Shown: positions 1-11,181, counted from the first letter of the stretch. The stretch is DNA of 64,000 nt from an uncultured Actinomycetes bacterium (GCA_963719165.1 CAVRAV010000001.1:1829215-1893214), one strand, 5' to 3'. The notes: generated from the letters alone by a model not told the origin. Numbers and translations are program-made.

Positions 1-1266
1 GTCGAACGCGGCCTGCTCCGAATCGAACGCGCGCGCGCGGCCGCGGAACACGAGGCCCTCGGCGCCCGCGGCCTTCACGACGGCACCGTCGGGCGCGAGG
101 TTTCCACGGAGGATCGCGAGCCCGCCCCACGGGTGGATCGGGGCGGCGATAGGACGGATCACCTCACCGTCGGGTGCGGGAATGTCGGCGGCCGCGAGGT
201 CCTCGGCGAGGGTCTTGCCCGACACGGTGAGGCAGTCACCGTGCAGATGGCCAGCCTCCAGGAGCTCTCGCATCACGACCGGGACGCCGCCCACGCGGTC
301 GATGTCGCTCATCACGAACCGCCCCGCCGGCCGGACGTCCACGAGGTGGGGGACCGTCCGTCCGATCCGATCGAAGTCCTCGAGCTGCAGATCCACGTGC
401 GCCTCGCGCGCGATGGCGAGGAGGTGCAGCACCGCGTTCGTCGAGCCCGCCAGAGCCATGACCACGGAGATGGCGTTCTCGAAGGCCTCTTTGGTCATCA
501 CCTCGCGCGGGAGCGGCCCTCCTTCGGCCACGATCTGGGCCGCACGGACCCCCGATCCGCGCGCGAACACCTCGCGGCGGTAGTCGACCGCAGGTGGGCT
601 GGCGCTGCCGGGCAGCGACATCCCCAGCGCTTCTCCCACGGCGGCCATCGTGTTGGCGGTGTACATGCCCGCACACGACCCCGTGCCCGGACAGGCGGCC
701 CGCTCGATGTCGCGGAGCTCGGCATCGTCGATGACACCCTTCGCATGCGAGCCAACGGCCTCGAACACGTCCTGGATCGTGATGTCCCGCCCTCGGTAGG
801 TCCCCGGGAGGATCGTGCCGCCGTACAGGTACACGGACGGAAGGTTCATGCGCGCCATCGCCATCAACATGCCGGGCTCGGATTTGTCGCAGCCGGCGAT
901 GCCCACGAGGGCGTCCATCCGCTCCGCGTGCAGCACGAGCTCGACCGAATCCGCGATCAGGTCGCGGCTCATGAGCGACGCCTTCATCCCCTCGTGGCCC
1001 ATGGCGATGCCGTCGGACACGGCGATCGTGGTGAACTCGATCGGAACGGCGCCACCCTGGCGCACGCCTTCCTTGGCGAGCGCGGCGAGCTTGTCCAGGT
1101 GGTAGTTGCAGGGCGTCACCTCGTTCCAACTCGACGCGACACCCACCTGCGCCTTCGAGAAGTCCTCTTCGGAGAATCCCACGGCGCGAAGCATGGCGCG
1201 GGCGGGAGCGCGGTGCGGCCCTTCCGTGACCTCCCAGCTGCGCGGGCGATCCTTCCCGGCTGCCAT
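1..1266 (-). CDS. ilvD: Dihydroxy-acid dehydratase, partial: N-terminal 422 aa present, C-terminus runs off the window start
   Basis: Reverse translation from the ATG at 1266 gives [36 protein letters not shown]...[11 protein letters not shown]...[17 protein letters not shown], which is canonical IlvD/EDD-family sequence. There is no stop before position 1. The ORF is absent from the ORF track because it is open-ended. Confidence 0.9.
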   Translation of the reverse strand, partial: MAAGKDRPRSWEVTEGPHRAPARAMLRAVGFSEEDFSKAQVGVASSWNEVTPCNYHLDKLAALAKEGVRQGGAVPIEFTTIAVSDGIAMGHEGMKASLMSRDLIADSVELVLHAERMDALVGIAGCDKSEPGMLMAMARMNLPSVYLYGGTILPGTYRGRDITIQDVFEAVGSHAKGVIDDAELRDIERAACPGTGSCAGMYTANTMAAVGEALGMSLPGSASPPAVDYRREVFARGSGVRAAQIVAEGGPLPREVMTKEAFENAISVVMALAGSTNAVLHLLAIAREAHVDLQLEDFDRIGRTVPHLVDVRPAGRFVMSDIDRVGGVPVVMRELLEAGHLHGDCLTVSGKTLAEDLAAADIPAPDGEVIRPIAAPIHPWGGLAILRGNLAPDGAVVKAAGAEGLVFRGRARAFDSEQAAFD

Positions 1267-1359
1267 GCTTTCGACCTCCTCGACGCCGTTCCCGACGGTA
1301 GGCCGACACGGTACCAACCGCGGCCCGAGCCGCCGCCAGTTAGGCTTCTGGCTCGACCC

Positions 1360-2783
1360 ATGGGCGACGAAACGATCACGATCCCACCTGACGCGGGCCG
1401 CAGCTGGTGGCTGCACGAGGCCCTCGCCGCCGACCCGGGCGAGCCGGCCCCGCCGCTGTCCGCCGACACCGGCGCCGACGTCGTGATCCTGGGCGGCGGC
1501 TACACGGGGATGTGGACGGCGTACCACCTCAAGCGACTCGACCCCGGCGTTGACATCGTGCTCGTGGAACAGGACATCTGCGGCGGCGGCCCGAGCGGGC
1601 GCAACGGCGGGTTCCTCAACGGCTTCTGGAACGAGGTCGAGACGCTTGCGCACGAGTTCGGCGATGAAGCCGCGCTTCGGATCTGCCGGGCCGGCGATGA
1701 CAGCGTGGCGTCGATCGCGGCGTTCTGCGAGGAGCACGGCGTCGACGCGGAGCTGCACCAGGACGGGGAGCTCTCGGTCGCCGGATCCGAGGCGCAGGTG
1801 GGGGGTGGGCCGACCTCATCATCACCGCCGATCGACTGGGCGTGAGCGACCTCTTCGACGTGCTCACGCCCGAGGAAGTGCGTGCCCGGGTCGACTCCCC
1901 CACCTTCCGCGGCGGCGTCTTCACGCCGAAGGGCGCGACGGTGCAGCCGGCGATGCTGGGACGCGGACTCCGCCGCGTACTCCTAGAGCTCGGCGTGCGG
2001 ATCCATGAGGCCACGCCCGTCACCCGGTTCGGCGCGGGAACGCCGTGCGTGGCCGAGACCCCCGGGGGAACGGTCAGGGCGGGGGCGGCCGTGGTGGCGC
2101 TGAACGCGTGGGCGTCGCACTGGAAGCGGTTCCGCCGCACGATCACCGTGCGCGGCAGCTACATCGTGCTCACCGCGCCCGCGCCCGAGCGGCTGGAGGC
2201 GATCGGGTGGACCGACGGGATGGGCGTGTCGGACTTTCGCTCTGCGCTGCACTACCTGCGCACCACGCCCGACGGACGGATCGCGTTCGGGATCGGCGGG
2301 ATGCAACCGAACCTGGCCCGCCGGATCGGACCCCGTTTCGCCTACGACGAAGCCGCGCTGCGGGTGGCCGCCCGGGACCTGTACCGCATGTTCCCCAGCT
2401 TCCGCGACGTCCCCATCGAGGCCGGGTGGGGCGGGCCCATCGATGTCTCCGGGACGCACCTACCGTTCTTCGGGACGCTCGAGAAGGGCACGGTCCACTA
2501 CGGGCTCGGGTACACGGGCAACGGCGTGGGCCCCGCCCACCTGGGCGGGGAAATCCTCGCGCATCGCGCGCTCGGGCGCTTGTCTCCCCTCCTGGAGCTG
2601 CCGCTCGTGGACGCCGAGCCGAGGCGGTTCCCGCCGGAGCCCCTGCGCTCCCCGGGGACGCTCATCGCGAACCACGCCATCCGCCGCAAGGACGACGTGG
2701 AGGATCGCGGCGAACAGCCGAACCCCCTGGTGGACTTCGTCGCACGTCTGCCGAGGCGTCTGGGCTACCACCTCGGTCCGTGA
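1360..2783 (+). pseudogene. FAD-dependent oxidoreductase (DAO family, PuuB/OrdL gamma-glutamylputrescine-oxidase-like), split by a -1 frameshift in a G6 run near 1803-1808
   Basis: The N-terminal part is the ORF-track frame 133..1845 from the ATG at 1360 ([17 protein letters not shown]...GRNGGF, a dinucleotide-binding fold). The C-terminal part is frame 1842..2783. The two frames join seamlessly as ...[24 protein letters not shown]... if the gggggg run is read as G7. Confidence 0.75.
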
Positions 2784-2816
2784 CGACGCGCTTGGGCCGG
2801 CACGCCAACTCGTCGG

Positions 2817-3654
2817 TCAGCCCAGCGCGATGAGGGCCACGCCCGCGAGGGCCATCGTCACGCCGAGGACCTGGGTGCTCCCCAATCGCTCGTGAAGGAA
2901 GCCGCGCGCCAGCAGGACGGTGGCGACCGGGTACATCGAGGCCAGCACCGCGACGAGGCTGAGCAGACCGCGCCGGGAGGCCAGGACGAAGAGCAGGTTG
3001 GCGCCGTTGTCCATGACGCCGACCGCCACGAGGGTCCCGAGCTGGCTCCGCGCCATCGCGAACGAGGGCCGACGAACGAGCAACGCGATGCCCAGCAGGA
3101 CGAGCGCGCCCACCCGGACGAACAGGATCGTCCAGGCCGGATCCTCTTCGCCGCCGGCGTCCAGCAGCACCACGAGGAGGCCGAGCGTCGCGGCCGCGAC
3201 GCTCGCCAGCACGACGGCCCGGGGATGGATCCGCGCCCCGGCCTCGTCACGATGGCGCGCCGCGAGGACGACACCACCGATGCGCGAGCGCCACCCCCAC
3301 CAACTGGAGCGGAGCCGGCCGCTCCCCGCGGGCGAGACCCGCGGCCACGGGCACGAGCCCCGAAAGCGCGGCGATCGGCGCCACCACGCCCATGGGGCCC
3401 AGCGCGAGCCCCGAGTAGAGCGCGGCGAGGCCGACCGTACCCAGCACGCCGGCGAGCAGCCCGATCAGCACCACCCGCGACGACGGGAACCCGGGAAGGA
3501 CGATGAGCACCACCGCGACGGTGAACGCGAATCCGGCCAGCTGCGAGACCGCGGAGACCGTCAGGATGGATAGGCGCCTCGTGGAGAGCCCGCCCAGGAA
3601 GTCGGCGGAGCCCCAGCTTGCCGAGGCCCCCAGGGCCAGCACGATCGCGAGCAT
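2817..3654 (-). pseudogene. EamA/DMT-family transporter, split by a frameshift near 3250-3265 in a gcgcgc stretch
   Basis: ORFs 3247..3654 (N-terminal half, MLAIVLALGASASWGSADFLGG...) and 2817..3212 (C-terminal half) are two halves of one 10-TM EamA protein in different frames. The alternative frame reads ...LAIGGVVLAARHRDEAGARIHPRAVVLASVAAATLG continuously. Confidence 0.7.
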
Positions 3655-3734
3655 CGCGCAACGCTAGCAGCGGCCTTCCGTCTCGCTCCCCACATAGACT
3701 TCGGAGGACCCAGCCGAGGAGGCACTCCGTGGAT

Positions 3735-4934
3735 ATGCGCCTGAGCGCCGAGGACGCGCACCTGCAGGCACGTGCGCGCGCCTTCACCGACCAGGTGTTG
3801 ATCCCGCTCGAGGACGAGTGCGAAGACAACGACGGACTCTCCATCGCGAGCGCGGCGGCGGCCAAGCAGGCGGTGCTGGACCACAGGTTCAACGGCATCA
3901 ACCACTCCGTCGCCGACGGCGGACAGGGATTCGACCTGTTCCAGCAGATGCTCGTCGAGGAGCAATGGGGACGGGCGACCGGGGCGCTCTGGGACATCCC
4001 GTGGCGCCCGGCGATCCCGCTTCGCCGCGGCACCGAGGCGCAGAAGGAGCGGTACCTGCGCCCCGCGTTGCGGGGCGACCGGCGAGACGCGTACGCGATC
4101 ACCGAGGAGGGAGCGGGATCGGACCCCACCATGGTCGCGACGACGGCGCGGCGCGACGAGGGCGCGTGGGTGATCGACGGGGAGAAGTGGCACGTCACGT
4201 CCGGCGACGTCGCCGACTTCTTCGTCGTGCACGCCCACGTGGATGGCGATCCCGCCCTGGCAACCGTCTTCTTGGTGGACAAGAGCGCGCCGGGCGTGCG
4301 CCTCGTTCGCACGCCGAAGTACACGCACACGTTCGTCTTCGAGCATCCGATCTTCGCGTTCGAAGGGGTGCGCCTGGACGACGACGCGATCTTGGGCGAG
4401 GTCGGGCAGGGCTTCGAGCTCACCAAGGATTGGTTCGTCGAGGAACGGATGATGATCGGGGCGCGAACCGTCGGCGCCTCGACCCGGGCGCTGCGAGCGC
4501 GCGCTCGACGTTCGCGACAGGAGCGCGTCCAGTTCGGCCGGGCCATCGTGGGCTTCCAGGCGATCGAGTTCATGCTCGCCGACATGGCCGCCGAGCTGAT
4601 GGCCGCGAAATCGCTGCTGTATCGCGCGTGCTGGGAGGCGGCGCGGGGCGGCGCAGACCGCAAGCAGACCCATGCCATGGCGAGCGCCGTCAAGCTCGTG
4701 TGCTCGGAGACCGCCGGACGGATCATCGACAAGGCGGTCCAGATATTCGGGGGACGCGGCTACATGCGCGAGGAGCCCGTTGAGCGCCTCTACCGAGAGA
4801 TCCGCGTGGACCGGATCTGGGAGGGGACCTCGGAGATCCAGCGGATGGTGATCGGCAACGAGCTGCGCAAGCGTGGCGCCGAGCTGTATGCGGGGTGGCC
4901 CGGGATCGAGGCACGCACGCCCCGGGGGGCGTAA
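3735..4934 (+). CDS. Acyl-CoA dehydrogenase
   Basis: ATG at 3735 preceded by GAGGAGG. MRLSAEDAHLQARARAFTDQVLIPLE...[12 protein letters not shown]...GFQAIEFMLADM...[10 protein letters not shown]...[11 protein letters not shown] are ACAD family motifs. Confidence 0.85.
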   Translation: MRLSAEDAHLQARARAFTDQVLIPLEDECEDNDGLSIASAAAAKQAVLDHRFNGINHSVADGGQGFDLFQQMLVEEQWGRATGALWDIPWRPAIPLRRGTEAQKERYLRPALRGDRRDAYAITEEGAGSDPTMVATTARRDEGAWVIDGEKWHVTSGDVADFFVVHAHVDGDPALATVFLVDKSAPGVRLVRTPKYTHTFVFEHPIFAFEGVRLDDDAILGEVGQGFELTKDWFVEERMMIGARTVGASTRALRARARRSRQERVQFGRAIVGFQAIEFMLADMAAELMAAKSLLYRACWEAARGGADRKQTHAMASAVKLVCSETAGRIIDKAVQIFGGRGYMREEPVERLYREIRVDRIWEGTSEIQRMVIGNELRKRGAELYAGWPGIEARTPRGA

Positions 4935-4968
4935 GGTCGCACCGGACCCGATGACCGAAGGAGCTGTC

Positions 4969-5160
4969 ATGTACGGCGAGCGACCACACACGGAGGGCGG
5001 CGGAAGCGGTGCCGACCGGGGCGGCCCCGATCAGGAACGGATGATGCAGGAGGCCGAGCGCGAGCGTCTCGTCGAAGAGGCCGAGGACATCCACGCGCAG
5101 GAGGCGGCGGAGCGCGGAGAAACGATCCCGAAGCGCCCGTGGTGGAAGTTCTGGGCGTGA
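4969..5160 (+). CDS. Small (63 aa) highly charged hypothetical protein
   Basis: Strong SD GAAGGAG sits 7 nt before the ATG. The product MYGERPHTEGGGSGADRGGPDQERMMQEAERERLVEEAEDIHAQEAAERGETIPKRPWWKFWA is low-complexity. I recognise no family. Confidence 0.35.
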   Translation: MYGERPHTEGGGSGADRGGPDQERMMQEAERERLVEEAEDIHAQEAAERGETIPKRPWWKFWA

Positions 5161-5221
5161 GGCCGGTGGACGTTCGGTCGTGAGGCAGCTGGGAGCTCTG
5201 CCGTGAGGACGGGCACGCCGC

Positions 5222-5882
5222 TCAGGTCCCGTCCAGGCAGCCTTCGACGGCGTCGGGTAGCCCCGGGATCGTGAGACCCGCCCCGCCGTCCACGAAGTCG
5301 TAGCGCACGCCCTGCCAGGTGCCGGGCAGGCCGGGGTAGGCACGGCGGGCGGTATCGCCCGCATCCCACTGGAACCCGCTCCAGTCGGGCGAGACGAACC
5401 CGGCGGTGTCATAGGGAGCCACGGCGACCACCCCCCGCCCGAACCGCCGCTGTTCCACCAGGAAACGGCCCTGGTACGCGGGATCGTCCTTCGCGTAGAG
5501 CTTGATGTACCAGCGCTCGATGTCCTTGAGATACCCCTGCTCCGACGGCGGCGACTCGGGTCCCACGAAATAGCGCATCTCCACCACCTCGAGGGGGCCG
5601 TCGACCGGAGCCGTGCGCCGGATGAGCCCGAGTGGGTCCGTGAACCGGGGCGAGTCCGCAGCCGGCGACCTCCAACCCCCGACGCACGTGGGGGAGGCGG
5701 CGCCCTTCCTCGGAAGCGGCGTGAGCGGCAACGCGGGCGCGGTCGGGGAGACGCCCGCCCCCGATGCGTCGGAGGCCACCACGGGCGAGGAGGCCGCCGG
5801 TCTGCTCCGTGTTGCCCTGGCACGCAGCGGCCGTGGACGCCACGGCGACCAGCGCGATGATCAGGGTGGTGAACCTACGCAC
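5222..5882 (-). pseudogene. Lipoprotein of unknown function. The signal peptide and lipobox are in one frame and the mature domain is in another, with a frameshift near 5790-5800
   Basis: GTG at 5882 with GGAG 6 nt upstream gives VRRFTTLIIALVAVASTAAAC-QGNTEQTGG (lipobox). Frame 5222..5782 continues with an S/P/A-rich linker, then ...YFVGPESPPSEQGYLKDIERWYIKLYAKDDPAYQGRF.... A single-base indel links the two frames. Confidence 0.5.
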
Positions 5883-6011
5883 CTGCAGCTCCGAACGCCT
5901 CGAGAGGGACCGCAAGGATACCGACCCCATCCCCGCTTGGTAGAACTGATGCCCATGCCCGCACGCACCCATCCCCTCGACGAAGGACGCGGCGACGCCC
6001 ATCCGTTGCCG

Positions 6012-7397
6012 ATGAGCCGTCGGAAGTTCCTCACCACGTCGGCGATGGCCGTCGCGGGTGGCGTGCTGTTCTCCTGCACGGGCGGACGCACGATCCCCAC
6101 CGTGAGCGACGCCACGCCGGCGTCGGACACCGCGACGCCGATCAAGCGCGTGATCTACGTCATGCTCGAGAACCGGAGCTTCAACAACGTGTTCGGCGGG
6201 TTCCCGGGGGTCGTGGGCACCGACACGGGCGTGAGCTACGGCAAGGAGGTGCCGTTGCGCGACTGCCCGGACTGGCTGCCGGGAGATCTCCCGCACGACC
6301 GCGCCGCGTATCTGAACTGCATGAACGGCGGGAAGCTCGACGGGTTCGGCACCGGGATCTACGGGCCGGAATGGGCGTACTCCCAGCTCCGTGAGCACCA
6401 GATCCCCAACTACTGGCGCTGGGCGCGCGAGTTCGCGGTCTCCGACCATTTCTTCGCATCGGCGTCGGGACCGTCGTATCCCAATCACTTCTTCTTCATC
6501 GCCGGGACCTCGGGCGGCGTCATCGACAACCCCGAGAACATCGAGACCCGGGTGGACGGCGACAAGAAGTTCAAGAGCTGGGGCTGCGACGCCCTGGGCG
6601 CCGACGTCTTCGTGTTCGCCAAGGACCCCCAGGGCAACCTCTCCAAGCACGACACCTGCTTCTCCTTCCCCACCGTCGGTCAGCAGCTCACCCAGGCGGG
6701 GGTCGACTGGACCTTCTACTCGGCCTCGCCCGGACAGACGGGCTATTTCTGGAACGCGTACAACGGGATCTCCGAGGTCTTCCACACGGACCTGTGGCAT
6801 GAGCACACTCGTCCCGTCGACCAGCTCGTGCAGGACATCGGCGCGGGCGACCTGCCCGCGGTCACGTGGGTGACTCCTCGGTTCGAGCTCTCCGACCACC
6901 CGCCGGTGAGCACCGGGTTCTCCCACAACTGGGTCACGGACATCGTGAACGCCGTCATGACCTCGGCCATGTGGGAGCACACGGCGATCTTCGTGACATG
7001 GGATGAGTGGGGCGGCTTCTACGACCCCGTCGCGCCCCCCGTCGTGGACGATGTCGGGCTCGGCTTCCGGGTCCCCCTGCTCACCATCAGCCCCTACACA
7101 CCGCGAGGCCTCATCGATACGCAGGTGGGCGAGTTCTCGACGCCGCTGCGATTCATCTCCGACAACTGGGGCCTGAAGTACCTCACGCCGCGGATCGCGA
7201 ACACCCACGACATGTCGCACCTGTTCGACTTCCGACGCCAAGCCGCGCGCGCCGATGGTCTCCCCCAAGGAGGCGCCCACCTACGGGACCCCGTGGCAGT
7301 TCCCCACGGACTACCCCGGGTGGCCTGCGGGCACGGTTCCCACGACGGACCCCTTCTGAGGGCTCGGTCCCGTCGGCCCGTCTTGAACACAGGCTAG
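6012..7397 (+). CDS. Phosphoesterase-family protein (phospholipase C / acid phosphatase AcpA-like) with a Tat signal and a possible lipobox
   Basis: MSRRKFLTTSAMAVAGGVLFSC is a twin-arginine signal, followed by VIYVMLENRSFNNVFGGFPG...DHFFASASGPSYPNHFFFIAG, typical of the PF04185 phosphoesterase family. An alternative ATG lies at 5949. Confidence 0.75.
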   Translation: MSRRKFLTTSAMAVAGGVLFSCTGGRTIPTVSDATPASDTATPIKRVIYVMLENRSFNNVFGGFPGVVGTDTGVSYGKEVPLRDCPDWLPGDLPHDRAAYLNCMNGGKLDGFGTGIYGPEWAYSQLREHQIPNYWRWAREFAVSDHFFASASGPSYPNHFFFIAGTSGGVIDNPENIETRVDGDKKFKSWGCDALGADVFVFAKDPQGNLSKHDTCFSFPTVGQQLTQAGVDWTFYSASPGQTGYFWNAYNGISEVFHTDLWHEHTRPVDQLVQDIGAGDLPAVTWVTPRFELSDHPPVSTGFSHNWVTDIVNAVMTSAMWEHTAIFVTWDEWGGFYDPVAPPVVDDVGLGFRVPLLTISPYTPRGLIDTQVGEFSTPLRFISDNWGLKYLTPRIANTHDMSHLFDFRRQAARADGLPQGGAHLRDPVAVPHGLPRVACGHGSHDGPLLRARSRRPVLNTG

Positions 7398-9470
7398 CTG
7401 CGAGGGAGCACCAGCACGTCCACGGCCGCACAGCCGACCGGCGACACGATCAGGGGATTCACGTCGAGGGCGTCGAGCCGATCGCCCAGGTCCGCGGCGA
7501 GGACCGACAGGCGCACGATCGCCGAAGCGAGCGCGCCCACGTCTGCGGGCGCCGCGCCGCGGAGGCCCTCGAGCAACGGACGGGCACTCAGCCCGTGCAC
7601 GAGCTCGCGTGCGCGCCGTTCGTCCAGTGGCGGCAGCGCCGAGGCGCCGATCATGCAGCAACTCCACCAGGACGCCGCCGGCCGCGACGACGACCATCGG
7701 GCCGAACTGGGGGTCGCGCACGATCCCGAGGGCGAACTCGACGCCCCCCGCTGACCATCGGGAGCCACGATCACGTCCGGGCCGAGGCGCGCCGCCAGGT
7801 CGTCGTAGGCCTCCCGGACCTCGTCGCGATCTGCCAGCGATACCCGCACCCCGCCAACCTCGGACTTGTGATGGACGCCGGGCGCCGCCGTCTTGAGGAC
7901 CACCGGGTAGCCGAGCGCGTCCGCCACCGCCACGGCGTCGTCCGCGGAGCTCGCCGCCTGGGCTCGGACGACCGGCACGCCGTAGTCCGCGAGCAGCGCG
8001 AGGCCCTCGAGCTCGGTCAGCATCGAACCGGACTCCAGGCGCGCGCCCCAGCGCGATCGCACGTCGGAGCTCACCGCGTCGGGGACCACGAGGCTCGGGC
8101 GCGCGGAGAGGTCGCGATACCGCATCAGATGTCCCAGCGCCTTGAGGCCCGAGGCGGTGCCTTCGAGGACCGGGATGCCCGCCTCGCGCAGGTACCGACC
8201 TTCCTCGGGCGCCACGGCGCTCGCGAGGTTGGACAGCACGCAGAAGGGCTTGGTGGTTGCCGCCGCGACGTCGAGCGCCACCGCGAGGTACCCCTCGTCA
8301 TAGGGCTGCCCCTGGCGAGTGAGGTCGACCACGAACGCAAGGGCCGCGGTGTCGGGATCGTCGTGCAGCGCCAGGAACGCGTCCCGGAAGATGCGGTCCG
8401 CGTCGATGCCCGTCCCCCAGGCGTCGAGTGGATTGGCGGCCTCGAGCCCGGGGTCCAAGGTGTCCGCGAGCTCGGCGCGCGTGTGCATCGGAGATCGCAG
8501 CGAACGGCACCCCAAGGTCCTGGGCGACGTCCGCCAGCAGGGCGCGCTCGCCGCCGGAGTCGTGGACGCGTGGCGATGCCCTCCCCCGTCGTGACGCGCC
8601 TGGGGGACGCGAACAGCTCCATGGCGTCGGCCATCTCTTCGAGCGAGCGGACCTCGAGCACGCCATAGGCGTCGAACAGCGCCTCGTACGCGCCGTGCTC
8701 GCCCGCGAGCGCCCCCGAATGGGCCGTGACCATGGCCTTGGACCCTTCGGTGCGACCGACCTTCAGCGCCAGCACCGGGATGTCGGAGGCGGCGGCGCGC
8801 GTCGAGCTGCGCTCGGAAGCGATCCGGGCCTCGAACGGTCTCCAGCAGCAACGCGAGCACCCGCGTGCTCGACAGGCCGAGCGCGTACTCCATGTAGTCC
8901 GCCATGGTGGTCACGATCTCCTGGCCGCTCGAGACCAGCAGGTTGAACCCGATGCCGCGGTCACTGAACGCGAACGCGGCGAACGCGGAACCGCTGTGCG
9001 AGATGAAGGTGACCGGGCCGGGCCGCAGGACGTCCGGGGTGTCGAAGCCCGTGGCCCGCAGGTGGGCCTCCTCGTTCAGGAACCCCATCCCGTTGCCGCC
9101 GCACAGCGGGATCCCCGCCTCGCGCGCGAGCGCGGCCACGCGCTCGAAGAGCGGCGGGCGGTCCGGGTCGGGATCGGCCTCGTGCAGCGAGGAGAAGGTG
9201 ACCGCCGAGCGCGACCCCGCCGCGATGGCCTCCGCGAGCGCCCCCTCGATCCGATGGTTCGCCACGCCCAGGATGGCGAGGTCCGGGGGGCCGGGAACCT
9301 CGGCCACCGACGGGTAGCACCGGTGGCCGAGCACCTCGTCGTAGCCCGGGTTCACGGGGTAGATCGCGCCCTCGTAACCCGCCGCGCCGCAGCTCCACCA
9401 TCATCTGGCGGCCGAGCGAACCCTCCTTGACGCTCGCGCCGACCACCGCGACGGACCGGGCCACGAGCAT
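7394..9470 (-). pseudogene. Acyl-CoA synthetase (NDP/ADP-forming; CoA-binding + ATP-grasp) pseudogene with at least 6 frameshifts. It is a paralog of the intact gene at 52732..54831
   Basis: Recognisable segments are scattered over three frames: MLVARSVAVVGASVKEGSLGRQMMVELRRGG (ORF 8961..9557), YEGAIYPVNPGYDEVLGH...GIPLCGGNGMGF...FISHSGSAF (ORF 7394..9355), MLALKVGRTEGSKAMVTAHSGALAGEHGAYEALFDAYGVLEV (ORF 8125..8775), HDSGGERALLADVAQDLGVPFA (ORF 8298..8666), and ...AQFGPMVVVAAGGVLVELLHDRRLG (ORF 7311..7721). Junk translation separates them. Confidence 0.7.
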
Positions 9471-9561
9471 GGGCTCGAGGGCCGGACGCGCGGGTCCCTC
9501 GGCACGGGGTTCCCCTGGCGGCTCGATGCCGGGTCCGGGCCCGGCGGTGCGTGGCACGGCC

Positions 9562-11181
9562 CTACTTCTTGGCGATGGCCTTGTCCTTCTTGGCCATCTT
9601 GAAGGCCTGCCACCCGGGGATGCCGTTCACGCCGCCGCCGCCGTGCGTGGCGCACGACCCGTGGTAGAGGCCGCGGACGGGGGTGCGGAAATCGGCGTAA
9701 CCGGGGGCGGGACGCATGTGGAACAGCTGATCCACGCTCAGCTCGCCGTGGAAGATGTTGCCGCCGATCAGCCCGAGCTCCTGTTCCATGTCGTAGGGCC
9801 CGATCACCTGGTAGTCGATGATCGAATCCTTGAAGTTCGGCGCGAGCTCGTTGTAGCCGTCGAAGATCCGTTGCGCGTAGGCGTCGAGCTCGTCGCGGTG
9901 CGGCTCCAGGTTCCAATCGTCGGGCACCCACTGCGTGAACATCGAGAACACGTGCACGCCCTCGGGCGCGAGCTTCTTGTCGAGCGTGGTGGGGATCGTG
10001 CCGTCCACGAAGGGCGCGACGGCCGGCTTGCGATCGATGTGCGCGTCCTGGAACGCCCGCTCCGCGTACTGCGGGCTGAGGCAGAGCTCCACCGAGCCCG
10101 TGTGGTGGGCCTGCTGCTCCTTCCCCGGCTGCGCCACGAAGTCCGGCAGTTCGGAGATGGCGACGTTCACCTTCACCGTGCCCGATCGGGTCTTCCACCG
10201 CTCGATGTCCCACACGAAGTCCGCGGGAAGCTCGTGGCGATCGAGCAGGTCGAGGAACGCGATCTTCGGGTGGATCGTGGTGACCACGACCGGGGCGCGC
10301 AGCTCCTCGCCGTTCTCGAGCGCCACGCCAACCGCCCTGCCGCCGCGGACGAGGATCTTGTTGACCTTCGCCTCGGTGCGGATCTCGCACCCGAACGATT
10401 CCGCCGAGCGCCGGATGGAGTCGGACACCGCGCCCATGCCGCCCTGCTGGAACCCCCAGGAGCCGAGGTGACCGTCGCCGACGTCCCCGATGGAGTGGTG
10501 GAGCATCACGTACGCCGTGCCGGGCTCGTCCGGACCCGCCCACGTGCCGATCACGCCGTTCACCGTGAGCATGGCCTTGATGGCATCGGATTCGAACCAG
10601 TCGTTCAGCAGATCCGAGACGCTCATCGTGAACAGACGCGTCACGTCGGCCACGCCGCGCTGCCCGAGGCCGCGCATGTTCCACGCGGTCTGGGCCTGGG
10701 GCAGGAGGTCGCCCAGCTTGGTGGAGCCCACATGGGGCGGAACGGAGAGCAGGAGCGGCCCCAGGACGTCGGAGACACCTTTCATCCACGCCTCCCATTT
10801 GGGGAGTGTCTCGGCGTCCTTCTTCGAGAACTGCGCGATGGACTCGTGGGACTTGGCGGCGTCGTCGGCGTACACCGTGATCGCCCGTCCGTCCGGGAAC
10901 GCCTGGAAGTACGGCCCGAACGGCGTGACGTCGTAGCCGAACCGCTTGAGGTTCAGCTCGCGGATGATGGACGGCGGCATCAGCGACATGACGTAGGAGT
11001 ACGTGGTGACGTTGATCTCCGGGTGATCGGCGAACGGCGCGCTCGTGTCGGCGGCGCCGCCCGTCTTGTGCCGAGACTCGAGCACCACCGTGCGCGCACC
11101 CTCGCGCGCGAAGTACGCGCCGGAGGTTAGTCCGTTGTGTCCGCCGCCGATCACGATGGCGTCGTAGGTGTTCGAAGCCAT
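9562..11181 (-). CDS. NAD(P)/FAD-dependent oxidoreductase, phytoene-desaturase (CrtI)-related family
   Basis: MASNTYDAIVIGGGHNGLTSGAYFAREGARTVVLESRHKTGG is a Rossmann GxGxxG fold. The ORF is 539 aa, clean, with SD GAGGGGAAGGA upstream. Confidence 0.8.
   Translation of the reverse strand: MASNTYDAIVIGGGHNGLTSGAYFAREGARTVVLESRHKTGGAADTSAPFADHPEINVTTYSYVMSLMPPSIIRELNLKRFGYDVTPFGPYFQAFPDGRAITVYADDAAKSHESIAQFSKKDAETLPKWEAWMKGVSDVLGPLLLSVPPHVGSTKLGDLLPQAQTAWNMRGLGQRGVADVTRLFTMSVSDLLNDWFESDAIKAMLTVNGVIGTWAGPDEPGTAYVMLHHSIGDVGDGHLGSWGFQQGGMGAVSDSIRRSAESFGCEIRTEAKVNKILVRGGRAVGVALENGEELRAPVVVTTIHPKIAFLDLLDRHELPADFVWDIERWKTRSGTVKVNVAISELPDFVAQPGKEQQAHHTGSVELCLSPQYAERAFQDAHIDRKPAVAPFVDGTIPTTLDKKLAPEGVHVFSMFTQWVPDDWNLEPHRDELDAYAQRIFDGYNELAPNFKDSIIDYQVIGPYDMEQELGLIGGNIFHGELSVDQLFHMRPAPGYADFRTPVRGLYHGSCATHGGGGVNGIPGWQAFKMAKKDKAIAKK

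Noticed and set aside
133-1845. Long ORFs on the opposite strand or in alternative frames of real genes. Examples are 133..1845+, 236..1309-, 2858..4732-, 3561..4991-, 5409..7280-, 7007..8668+, 9427..11130+, 15242..17560+, 29753..31174-, 31494..33455- and 41023..44409+.
   Set aside because: Their translations are Arg/Pro/Gly-rich low-complexity strings with no recognisable motifs. They are the expected stop-codon-poor shadow ORFs of a ~70% GC genome. The true genes are on the other strand or frame.
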